DNA from: Octopus vulgaris
Lineage: Eukaryota
Length of the DNA stretch: 64,000 nucleotides
Reading direction: 5' to 3'
NCBI GenBank assembly: GCA_951406725.2
Contig: OX597821.1
Span: 81,592,001-81,656,000, forward strand
Positions 14,211 through 26,233 of this stretch are shown one piece after another; positions within the stretch are counted from its first letter, which is position 1, and every line of letters starts with the position of its first letter. Both the position numbers and the translations under genes were made by a program. Under the pieces are notes generated by a model. That model saw only the letters and a list, made by a program, of their open reading frames with translations, was not told where the DNA came from and ran no database searches.

Positions 14211-14500
14211 GGAGTCGCATGGCCTAGTGGTTAGAGCAGCTGACTCGCGGTCGAGGGATCGAGGGTTTGAATCTCAGACCGGGTGATGTGTGTGTTTATG
14301 AGCGAAACACCTAAGCTCCACGCAGCTCCAGCAGAAGGTGATGGCGAACTTCCGCTGACTCTTTCGCCACAACTTTCTCTCACTCTTTCCTCCTGCATCT
14401 TGCAACTCACCTGCGACGGACCGGCGTCCAATCCAGGTGAACTTATATGCCAAGGAAACCAGCCCTTATGAGCCAGGCATGGCTCGAGAAGGAACAAACA
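14211..14500 (+). mobile_element. tRNA-derived SINE family C (related heads at 23305, 30235, 37190)
   Basis: tggcctagtggttagagc A box, ggtttgaatctc B-box-like element, flanking direct repeat aacagtg. Confidence 0.75.
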
Positions 14501-14873
14501 TTAACAGTGAAGAAAGAAGGCGAGAAATAGATATATAGATCTCTCTTAAATGCAAGATAGCTTGACTGTGGAAAATGAAGATGGTGAAGATAGTGCCAAT
14601 TGCTTTTGGGTGCTTGAGGATAGTATTAAAAGGTATCAAGAATAATATAAAGGAAATGGGAATAGTGCTCAGTAGAAATGTTACAAAAGGTTTGCCTCCT
14701 TGGCATGGTCAGGATCATCAGGAAAGTATTTGATAGTTGAAAAGAGCTGATAGCATGGTACTGTAGGCTACAGGTAGCAAACCTGCATTGCATACAAGAC
14801 TTCAGGAGTTCCAAGAAAACCCCGAGTTAAAAGAATGATGATAATAATAAAGTGCTAGAATCATAGCTTCTAA

Positions 14874-15271
14874 GGTGGCGAGCTGCCAGAAACGTTAGCA
14901 CGCCAGGCGAAAGGCTTAGCGGTATTTTGTCTACCGCTACGTTCGGTGTCCAAATTCCGCCGAGGTCAACTTTGCCTTTGATCCTTTCGGGGTCGATTAA
15001 ATAAGTACCAGTTATGCACTGGGGTCGATATAATCGACTTAATCCGTTTGTCCTTGTTTGTCACTTCTGTGTTTAGCCCCTTGTGGGTAGTAAAGAAATA
15101 GGTATTTCATCTACTGCTACATTCTGAGTTCAAATTCCACCGAAGTCGACTTTGCCTTTCATCCTTTTGGGATCAATTAAATAAGTACCAATTACGCACT
15201 GTTAATTAATCCGTTTGTCTGTCCTTGTTTGTTCCCTCTGTGTGTAGCCCCTTGTGGGCAGTAAAGAAATA
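14874..15271 (+). mobile_element. SINE family B with internal partial duplication (dimeric)
   Basis: Head ggcgagctg(c/g)cagaa..gttagcacgcc, body repeated twice, 17-bp TSD agaatcatagcttctaa at 14857-14873 and 15272-15288. Confidence 0.88.
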
Positions 15272-16120
15272 AGAATCATAGCTTCTAATAAAGAAGGGTC
15301 AGGGCTGCAGTTTATGATTGAGAGAAAAACAATACAGGCAAAAATAGAAAGAGCTTATAGTCTAATCAATAAAAGAACTAAATCTGTAACCTACGCATAC
15401 CTTTAATAGAAATGGATTGTTCCAGAAGATTTAGGTTGGTTTGAAGAAACATTTTCTAGGTTAATTTGTTAAGATGAAATAAATCTATTAGTTACCTAGC
15501 TCTGTTACACACAAATTATACACACACACACACACAGAAAGCAACAAAAAATGTAAAAGATCTCGTCTTGTTATCATTAAGGTAAGACTCACTATCAGGG
15601 TGTGATCTTTGTGTAATTTCTGTGTATGTATGAGTAGCAAACAAACATAGATACAGATGTATGAATAAGTGTCTATGTGAGGAAAGTGACAAAGAGGAAA
15701 GAGAGAATATCAACTTACCCTCTACCAAAACTACCCAACTCCCATAAGGTCCAGTAAGCATAGAGAGTAAGAGAGTAAGGGTGTTGGTGAAAAAAGTATT
15801 CTTTAGAACTTCAAGATAAACAGAGACAGCTCTGTAATACTTGACAAGCGGATGAGAGAGAGAGAGACAGAGAGACAGACAGAGAGAGAAAGACACCTCT
15901 GACACAAACGTACACATTAAACCTTTTGAAAAACTGTTGGTTATTAGGAGTTCTATCTCTGATCCACTGCGAGTTGCCAAGCATTATTATCATATGTAAT
16001 AAAAGACATGTCTTATCGCCCATCTGAGATAGCCTTCAATAATACGGAAACACTCAGTAATCTTATCCAAAGCTCTATCACTTCATGGCTGGTATCTTGG
16101 AGAGAGAGGGGGAGGGAGGA

Positions 16121-16156
<36 letters not shown>

Positions 16157-16659
16157 TTATATCCAATGAGTGACAGACTGATTTTTTATATAATGTGTGT
16201 GTGTGTGTGAATGTATATAAAATTTAGATAAACAAATCCTAATGAAGAGAAAGCCAGGTCGGAATCAAGCTTCCATTTCTCTGGTAAACTTCATTATGTA
16301 TGTTTATGTGTGGACATAAATTGGTAAACATTTATAGACAATATTTTGATAGTTAAAAATAGCAACAAACTTCCTGATAGGTAATGTATGCAAATATGTG
16401 CATTACTGTCTAATCACTCAGCTATCAATAACCTAACGATTTATATTTCAGGTATGAGGAGAAATTCTTTCTTATTCTCCATAGTTTTATAAACTAAACT
16501 GCTCCAGTAACAAATGAAGGAACCTCTATAGAGGACATTGACCACTAGAGATAAACACCAAATCTCACATCACATCCTTTAGCTTTGAAAAAACAAAAAC
16601 TTAGTCCTAGATAGACTGTTTAAATGAAGACAGAATGGTCAGGGTTGGAATGCCTTGAA

Positions 16660-16869
16660 CCCTTTCGTTACTGTATTTATTTTGAGATGATTTGTGTTTC
16701 TTTTAATTATTTTAAATATGACAAAGAATTTAGTAAAATAACTTAGTTATCATTAAGCTAGTGTTAGGAACCTAAGGTTTGGTGGAAGATTTTAATTCAG
16801 AACTTATGAAAACAAGACATTTGTACTACAGAGCCAGAGCCAGTTTCAGCCAGGTTGGTAACGAAAGGG
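16660..16869. mobile_element. piggyBac-like (TTAA) MITE
   Basis: TIRs ccctttcgttac / gtaacgaaaggg, flanked by tgaa / ttaa. Related copies at about 41566-41775, 45075-45328, 47187, 56853-57070 and 60620. Confidence 0.8.
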
Positions 16870-18779
16870 TTAATCATAATTCTGTTCAGTCAGAGCTGTT
16901 TGAGGATAAATGAAAACTACTAATTTGGTATATCTGTCTGAAGAGACTTTCATCAATAAAATGCATCTTCTCTTGTTTTTTGCCATTCTCAGAAAGTTTA
17001 GAGACAATGATACTGATGATGTTTTGTATGGCATAAAATGGAATCAAACGACTGAGTGATGTCTAAGAACGATGAATGCTTTGTACGAGGCCTTCTATAT
17101 TGACTGTTTGACAGTTGTATGTGTCTTTTATTTGCTTCAATCATTAAACTGCAGCCATACTGGGGCACTGCTTTGAAAAATTTTAGTCAAATGGATTGAC
17201 CCTGAGTACTTATAAATGCTGTGAGGCATTTTCTACAGCACTTTAATGGTTCTGCCAACAGTAAGAAATAATGAGAAAATGGTGATTCAGAGAGAGAGAG
17301 AGAGAGAGAAAGACGGAGATCAGGGGGCAAAAGAGAATAATAGGAAGTACAGAAAAATTTGAAGATAGATAGAGAAGACAATAAGAGAAATAGTAGAAGA
17401 TAAAATGTAGGAATAGAAGCGGATGCCACCCACAGAACTACTGATGGATTTACAGAAAGACATTGATAGAAACTGATATATATGAATCAAATGACAGCAG
17501 TGAGAAGATAAATGCAATGAAACCAATTATTCGTGCAATGACAATCTGCATCTTAGTTTGTAACATGTCATCCTGATGTAATCTTATCTTTTCAACAAGT
17601 CATTTCATTTAATTACTCCATGTTTAAAACAGCCTAATTAGAAAATGGTCTTATTTGTGCGTCATCCTTAAATGATGAACATAACTGGGTAATAATTGAC
17701 ATGTAGATAGATGTAGGCTGAAGGGGGGGGGTGTCAGTGGGGACATTGGAATGGGTAGATGGAGAGAGGTGGGTGTGAATTATGTAAAGATGAAAATCAT
17801 ACAAGGAAAACAATCTCTGATGTCAAAATGATATGATAGCAATGAAACAGGATGTTTCCTTTGCGGAGTCACTCTCGGGAAGATAAGAGCAGTTAAAAAC
17901 AAATTAAAAAATAAATACATAAATATAAATAAAAAAAAAAGGATTTTCTTTTTAGCTCAACTAGATTATGATACTTTTGAAAGCAGAATCCTTTGCTAGA
18001 TATTGTGGTGCAGCCTTCCCAAGAGGTTCCGTTCAATGATGGAGATATAGACCAACAACACTAATGCAAAATATGGGGCAAAGAATTAAGGATCTTGAGA
18101 CATTTATTTCAGAATTACTGAAGCATAGAGTAAATTACGCACATCAGTTGTCGGGACACTATATCTTCCAAAACTTCCATACTTCTTAAAATTTGCCAAC
18201 AGTACACCTGATGTCCCCTACATCCCCCTTTTTTTAAATGATTCATTCACTATTTACTTCCTGTGTATTATTCTGTATACCGTTCATGCACTTTTAGCAA
18301 CTAATGAGTTGTAGTGCACTTGAGCACCATACACAATAAGTTTATCCTCCTCATCATTATTATTATTATTATAAAATAATGGGGATTAACCATCTGAAGA
18401 CTATAGTTTATGGCAGGGTCAGTGACATCTGATTAACAAGAAAACTGATAATGTATATTCTGTACTAATTAAGTCTTCATACTAAAGTTATTATAGTTCT
18501 GATTTCCAATTCAAGAAATCATATTGTTACCTATTAGATCTTTTAAGGCAATTAGCTGGCAGAATCATTAGGTACTTTGGACAAAATGCTTAGTAACATT
18601 TCTACTGGCTTTTTAAATCTGGAATTCAAATACAGCGAGAAACCTTGCTTTCTATTCTTTAAAGGGTTGATAAGATAAAGTACCATCGAGTACTGGGGTT
18701 GATTTAACTGATTTCCCCACCCCCTCAAAATTGCTGGCCTAGTGCTAAAATCAGAAAGTACTATTAGATCCTTTCATAG

Positions 18780-21700
18780 TCCATAACTGTTCTGAGCATT
18801 GTGTCATCTGCATGACAGGCATATTCAAAGTCCAATTGTAAAGTGTCAATCTAAAACAATGTTGAAATTGCAAGAGGTCTTTGACTTCTGGAACTTTCTT
18901 CAACTTAATAACCAAACTTTCAGTCACTGACTTGGTAGCCACCTTAAATAGCAGCTCATACGGTAAGCATGTAAATTCTGTGAAGTATGCTACACTACCA
19001 TATGGATGTTATATCTTTTCTTCATCTCTATTCCATATACACTGTCTGGTTACTGGAACATCCTTGTTTGCTCTTCTAGACCTACACAGGTTGTACCATG
19101 GTTCAGGTGGTTTCTGGTCAGGTTTGTCGTCATGTGACATGGCATTATCCTTGTGAACAATTTCATTGGTTGATTTCTTCTACAAACTAGCTTTGATGAG
19201 ATACAAGCATGATGTAAGATATGGTCAACATCGTCAAGCCATCTACAGATGTGACCGGAACTGATTTACCCTTTTTCTTGTTAATGGTGGAACAAATCAA
19301 ATAAAAGTTTGAGTGGTACTTTCCTGGTTGTTGATTTTTCCAAGATGGATAGATCACTATTATCTGTAGTCACTTCATTTTCTGATCAGCAAAGTATTTC
19401 ATGTCAGATGTTCTATTATCAACACTATCTACTCTCCAGCAGGTATTAGGCATTGTTTCTTTTGGTGGGTTAACCATATTTGCTCTGCAAAGCTCCACAA
19501 ATAAATGGACATGGCCAACTGTCTTTGATACTGTAGTCAATAATGAAACTATCCACTTTCACACAAATGATCAATCTTAAAAGATTATTTCTTCTTTACT
19601 TGATTCTTTACACAAAAATTTGTCTTGCAGGTTTTGTTACAAGTTTTATCTAATGGTCCATTGATAATTTTGGCAAAGATTTTCAACATTGTTTATTTCT
19701 GAGAACCACTTAAAGATTGAATCATCTTTTACTGTTGATAAAATGTTGATCCAGTTTATTCAAACAAAACCAAGACAAGAGGCTGTCCTACAACTCAATA
19801 AACACTCGCCAGTTATATATTTGGTGAGAAATATCTTAGGGAAAAGACAGCAGATTTTAAGTGTGACCCAAATTAATTTTGTGTAGAATCAGTGGTGCAA
19901 ATCTTGGTTTTGCTCCTTAATTTTCATGAATATTGCTCCATCACTTAAATTGCATGCTACTCTCAAACTGAAGATGAATGATGTGACTGTTCCAACATCT
20001 TTCATTTGCTGTTCTTATTTATCACCAAGTTTGAAAACTAAATTGAACATCATTGACAGATGGTGTTTCCCATGCAGCTTATTGTCATTGCTCTTTATGC
20101 TATCATGGACAGGAACATCACACAAATTTCAAAGCTATGGTTTCCTTAATTTGCATATATCTCACAAAGAGACCAATTTTCTTTTTTCTTTCTTTCTTTT
20201 ATTTATTTATTTATTTATTTAATGAATGGGAAATTTTCTCGTTTGCCAGACATTTAGAATTAGAAAAGATGCTATATTTCAAACGACAACTAAAACAAAC
20301 AATTTTTATAATCCTTATTTCAAGAATGCCTAATCAAATTGATATGATCATCATCACTGTATGTAGTAAAAGCATTTTTTTCCCACATTGCTCGCTCTTC
20401 AACCAGATCATGTGTCTGCACCAACACTGTCAACATTTTAACCCGTGTCAGATGACTGCAATAATTTTATTCTTGTAGTATGAAATGTCTTCTCAGTGAA
20501 TCAAGTTTCTATTTACTGCACTATCAATATCATACTCATCAAAATCACATGTTTTTAGTCAAGAAACATGGCTAAGTTAAGATTCTTCCTTTTTGAGGTG
20601 AGTAAAAATACTATGTTAGGAGATTCTTTGCACTCACAGAAGTTAGTTTGTCATCATTTCGTGCATGAGAACACAGAGTAGAATTACTCGTTTTTTTTCC
20701 TGTTGTCATCAACTGCAGCTGCCTCAAAATAAATTTGTTGTGCACTGAGGCCAATAATTCCACGTATGTAGACCAGAGCTGGTCAAGTTGTGATGTGGAG
20801 TGCTGAATACAATGGAATATTGTTCTTCATCAGTCTCTATAACATGTCCCTGTAATGTTCATATTCAAAGTGTAATATTGCAGTTCCACTGTAAAGCATT
20901 TATCCAGAAATAAAGAAGTAGTTGCAAATCTGGAATATTTCTTCAACTATAAACACTCGCCAGTTATATATTTGGTGAGAAATATCTTAGGGAAAAGACA
21001 GCAGATTTTAAGTGTGACCCAAATTAATTTTGTGTAGAATCAGTGGTGCAAATCTTGGTTTTGCTCCTTAATTTTCATGAATATTGCTCCATCACTTAAA
21101 TTGCATGCTACTCTCAAACTGAAGATGAATGATGTGACTGTTCCAACATCTTTCATTTGCTGTTCTTATTTATCACCAAGTTTGAAAACTAAATTGAACA
21201 TCATTGACAGATGGTGTTTCCCATGCAGCTTATTGTCATTGCTCTTTATGCTATCATGGACAGGAACATCACACAAATTTCAAAGCTATGGTTTCCTTAA
21301 TTTGCATATATCTCACAAAGAGACCAATTTTCTTTTTTCTTTCTTTCTTTTATTTATTTATTTATTTATTTAATGAATGGGAAATTTTCTCGTTTGCCAG
21401 ACATTTAGAATTAGAAAAGATGCTATATTTCAAACGACAACTAAAACAAACAATTTTTATAATCCTTATTTCAAGAATGCCTAATCAAATTGATATGATC
21501 ATCATCACTGTATGTAGTAAAAGCATTTTTTTCCCACATTGCTCGCTCTTCAACCAGATCATGTGTCTGCACCAACACTGTCAACATTTTAACCCGTGTC
21601 AGATGACTGCAATAATTTTATTCTTGTAGTATGAAATGTCTTCTCAGTGAATCAAGTTTCTATTTACTGCACTATCAATATCATACTCATCAAAATCACA

Positions 21701-22100
21701 TGTTTTTAGTCAAGAAACATGGCTAAGTTAAGATTCTTCCTTTTTGAGGTGAGTAAAAATACTATGTTAGGAGATTCTTTGCACTCACAGAAGTTAGTTT
21801 GTCATCATTTCGTGCATGAGAACACAGAGTAGAATTACTCGTTTTTTTTCCTGTTGTCATCAACTGCAGCTGCCTCAAAATAAATTTGTTGTGCACTGAG
21901 GCCAATAATTCCACGTATGTAGACCAGAGCTGGTCAAGTTGTGATGTGGAGTGCTGAATACAATGGAATATTGTTCTTCATCAGTCTCTATAACATGTCC
22001 CTGTAATGTTCATATTCAAAGTGTAATATTGCAGTTCCACTGTAAAGCATTTATCCAGAAATAAAGAAGTAGTTGCAAATCTGGAATATTTCTTCAACTA
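18780..22100 (-). mobile_element. Highly decayed Ty3/Gypsy LTR retrotransposon gag-pol relic (boundaries approximate)
   Basis: Minus-strand fragments LWSTYVE, QIYFEAAAVDD..KKRVILL and TCDFDEY resemble Gypsy gag. Downstream PYG...EFTCLPY and CHADD resemble RT motifs (TPxG-F-RLPxG, YxDD). Many stops and frameshifts; LTRs not identified. Confidence 0.6.
19798..22100. repeat. 1151-bp direct tandem duplication (19798-20948 / 20949-22099)
   Basis: Identical ORF translations at offset 1151 (19926/21077, 20053/21204); no differences seen by eye. Confidence 0.95.
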
Positions 22101-23215
22101 AATAACAAAAAGTCATCTGAAAAGAACAGTGATCACTTGACAATAGGGTTGAATCATTTGATGAAGAAGCATCTAGTGATGTTACATAACGGAGTCACTA
22201 GCAGACATCACTATTCTAACTGTAGATTCTATTCTTGATAAGTTAACCTTTTCACAAGTGACATCAGCTTGTGACAACACAGTGTAATGCCTAGTCCAAT
22301 ACAATTAGTCAATACTGATTTCAAATGTTGGCACAAGGCCAGCAATTTCATGGCAGTGGGGCGAGTTGATTACATTGACCCCAGTATTCAACTGGTACTT
22401 ATTCTATCAGCCCTGAAAGGATGAAAGGCAAAATAAACCTCACTGGAATTTGAACTCAGAATGTAAAGATGGATAAAATGCCACCAAGCATTTTGCCAGG
22501 TGTGCTAACGATTCTGCCAGTTTGCTACTTTTTACAACTAGTGAATTCATGAAGAAAGTGTGAAATAGATAATAAAAAATATATTTAGATAAAACCAATT
22601 CTCAATCTTGAACAGATGAAACTTCCAAATCATATTTGTCTCGTCTCATTGCGAAAGGATTAGGAGTTTGTTTCATTTATACACAAAAGGCAAAAATACA
22701 TAATTAGGTTGATCAAGGTTTCTTGTACAGAGAAAAAAAAAACAAAAAAACAATCCAGGCATTTCTATTTTCTTGATAAAACATAACACATAGGAAACAA
22801 GAAAATGAGATACGTCACAACACAGTGAGGAAGATAGAATATCTACAAAAAAAAAAATCTCACACAGTGAAGAAACTATATCTACAATACCAAAACCAAC
22901 AACAATACCAAACCAATAACAATAAGGGTGGATAGTGAAGGTGAAGCCATAAAATGGGTGACTACCATAATCATGCAAGTAGAACAGTTCAAAGGTGGAC
23001 CTATCAGCCAAAAAAGGAAGGTGACAAGCTGGCAACACACACAAAGGAAAACAAAAACCGGTGAACCAAGTGCAGTGTCATGTCACATTCAACAGCCCAT
23101 CACATGCAGTGGTGGTGTTTGGGGAAAGGATATCAACAACAACAACAATTACAATACTTAAAAAAACAACATAATCAGGTGAAAAGCAAACAACATTGGT
23201 AGTCATGCAGGTTAC

Positions 23216-23230
23216 CAGCTGGACTGTTTT
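23216..23230 (-). CDS. Candidate 15-nt micro-exon (KTVQL, phase 0-0)
   Basis: tttcag|AAAACAGTCCAGCTG|gtaacc. Frame-preserving, with three TGCATG motifs downstream; the polypyrimidine tract is weak. Confidence 0.35.
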
Positions 23231-23404
23231 CTGAAATATTGCCATTTGGTATGTCAAAAATAATGATAATTTACTGTTGGCACAAGTTATAGGGGCAGTG
23301 CATGGAAGCACACGGCTTAGTGGTTAGGGTGCTGGATTCACGATCGTAAGATTGCAGTTTCGATTTCTGGACCAGGTGATGCATTGTGTTCATGAGCAAA
23401 ACAT

Positions 23405-23800
23405 AGGCATAGGAGTGGCTGTGTGGTAAGTAGCATGCTTATGAAACACATGGTTCCAGGTTCAGTCCCACTGCGTGACACCTTGGGCAAGTGTCTTCTA
23501 CTATAGCCTCGGGCTGACCAAAGCCTTTTGAGTGGATTTGGTAGACGGAAACTGAAAGAAGCCCGTCGTATATATGCATATATATATGTGTATGTTTGTG
23601 TGTCTGTGTTTGTTCCCCCAACATCGCTTGACAAACGATGCTGGTGTGTTTACGTCCCCGTAACTTAGCGGTCCGGCAAAAGAGCCACATAGAATAAGTA
23701 CTAGGCTTACAAAGAATAAGTCCTGGGGTCGATTTGCTCAACTAAAGGCGGTGCTCCAGCATGGCCACAGTCAAATGACTGAAACAAGTAAAGGAGTAAA
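23405..23800 (+). mobile_element. tRNA-derived SINE family A, full length
   Basis: A-box-like tggctgtgtggt, B-box-like ggttcagtccc, internal (TA/TG)n and 3' end caaatgactgaaacaagtaaa. Many copies in the window. Confidence 0.88.
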
Positions 23801-25392
23801 ACCCTTTATTTCATATTGCTCTTGTCCACTCAGGTGGTGAGAATGATTATGGACCAGAGTCCCATCTAGGGAGAAATATACATGCCAGTGAAGCCAGCCC
23901 TATGTTCCTCATGGAGTAATGTGAACTAACCCGTAGTTTATAGGGGAAGTGTATACCGACAGGTTCAATCCCTATGATATGACTGGTACTGAAGCAAGAT
24001 AAAGCTACAGAGATAATATTTTTCTGCACCAGTTGCAAGAAGAAACTGGAGCTGCAGAGATCAGAATAGATACCTGGCCAGTATAGAAAAGGTGCTTTGT
24101 ATTTTGGTCAAAAGTGTAAGAGATGAGAACACAGGTCAGCTGATATAAGCAAACATAAAAAAAAACAGCATAAGCAAAACAGTCTGGTAGTCCAAAATCC
24201 TGTTGATGATGGTGTTATAATGATACAAATATGAATGTAGAGTTATAATTAAATAAATGAGTTTCTAGTAAAATTATTAGTTAAAATTAATTAAAATATT
24301 CAAATTAAGAATATTGAAAATTTGAGAATTTACACAAGATTTCTTTAAAGAAAATTTTCTTATTGCAGAATGCTTTTTGACATCAGCAGGATTTGATCCA
24401 CAGACAGTGCTACTCTGAATACTTTGTTATGGTAAAGTTAATATATTATTTTATTAATAAACAACTAAATTAATTATAATACTCTACAATTAGTTACTAA
24501 GATATTAATTACCTAGTCAGAATTAGTGGCTTATCATCTATACTTCAATGTGACAATGTTAATTAATATGAGTTCACTACAACCTACAATTAAGCACTAT
24601 ATATTAATATATTGTCTTTGAAGAAACTGTTAATTACTTGTAATGATTAACAATAAATAGTTAATTTCTACATTTCGAAAAAATAAGAATAAAAAAATCT
24701 AGGAAATCCTACCAATAACTTAAATATTATTGAGATATTTGAGTAAACTTTTGATTATGATCAAAATAATCTTAGGATATTTAATTAAATTCATTATTCA
24801 ATAAATAACACATATTGAAATATCTGAAGAGTAAGTATGCAACATTTTTTGCTGTTGTTTTACATACACCTGTTTATCAGTATTTGCATAGGTGAGATAA
24901 TGTTTTCTAAATTTTATTTCATTAAAGAAGTATTTTTTTTAAGCCAAAAGGAGAGTGTAGGTCCCATTCTATGTCATAAATAAATTTGAGCAAAGCAGAG
25001 TTATGCACCTTGCTACAAGGACCAGTACAGAAAAGGAAACTGAAATCACCATAGCAAGACACATTGTCAAAACTTGGCAATGCCACTGCTTACAGTAGTA
25101 AGTTATACAACCTACATACAATACCTTGCAACACACATGGCATTATATATATATATATATATATATATATGGAGAAGTATTAGCATGGCAAGTGTTTTGA
25201 TATGAGATTGTATATTAATGTGTGTGAGTGTTTATATATACATCGACACAGATACAGTTTCCATCTCCAGAAAATTCTGTGGTTCTAAAAAAAAGAATTT
25301 TCAACCCAAAGAAGATCAAACATAGGAAACTGGTGCTGCTTGACCTAGCTGAAACAGATTGTGGTGGATGGGCGGCAAAGCTGGATGCCCAC

Positions 25393-25449
25393 TTTTGGCC
25401 TCGTGCACTGGTATAGGGCAAAGTGCAGGGGCTGACCGATGGGCTCAAA
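25393..25449 (-). CDS. Candidate 57-nt exon D (phase 0-0): FEPIGQPLHFALYQCTRPK
   Basis: Acceptor ttgttccctcgacacag|TTT and donor AAA|gtgggc. GC-rich island in an AT-rich intron. Preserves frame between exons C and E; the donor is only moderate. Confidence 0.5.
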
Positions 25450-25961
25450 CTGTGTCGAGGGAACAACAATAATGTATATATGAACATTTATGAGCACGTA
25501 TGTGTGTGTGGGAGGGAGGGAGGGGGCTGTTATAGATTTTTAAATAAAAATGTGAGATGAAAAAGGCCCAGAAAGCAAGAAATGCGCACTTTGATCCCTG
25601 TCAGGTAGGGTTTTATTATTTTTCTTGCTATTTCTCACACAAAGATTATTGCTTACAAATGTATAAAACTAAATATCATTTATCTAAGAATCTTAGCATT
25701 GAAGAGGCTAAAGCATCTATGTATGTATATATGTTTGTCAGTGTAGGCCTAACCATACATATACTCGCACATATATATATACATGTGTACATCCTTAGTA
25801 TTTTGTGTAGGAAACTAATATTGAATTTAGAGTAGCACAACAATCGGTGGGGACTACCAGCAAGCTAGTGGTAAAGTGGTAACAATACATACAAAGTTAT
25901 TGGTTGGATAGCCTATGACATTATCCCACACGGGGGACATGCTCCGCTGCACAGTACTCAC

Positions 25962-26233
25962 AGACTGTTGATGCTGTTGCTTTTGGCTCTCGAAAGTTTG
26001 TGAAGTCACTGTGGTGTATGATTCGCTCTTGTGTTGAATAAACTCTTGCTGCTGCTGCTGCTGCTGCTGGACAACTGGTGCTGGCGCTGGGGGTGGCGTT
26101 GTTACTACTGGTACCGGTGTTGGCTGAACAGGAGGGGGTGTCGGTTCTTTCACAGTGGTATGCATGGCCTGTATTGCTGCTTCCAGCTGGTCGAGGTCAG
26201 GACTCGTTTCCTGGGTTGTCTGGTTAGATGATA
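25962..26233 (-). CDS. TNS: Tensin-like gene, exon C (phase 1-0): VSSNQTTQETSPDLDQLEAAIQAM...poly-Q...QQHQQS
   Basis: Acceptor ttctag|TATCA in phase 1 matches the exon B donor. Donor TCT|gtgagt is phase 0, with alternative in-frame donors at 25932 and 25893. Coding-like composition. Confidence 0.8.

Noticed and set aside
14211-14285. tRNA gene
   Set aside because: The tRNA-like head continues into a SINE body with a flanking direct repeat; the cloverleaf is imperfect.
19798-22100. Direct repeats interpreted as LTRs
   Set aside because: They are adjacent head-to-tail, contain gag-like internal sequence, and lack TG...CA ends and a TSD.
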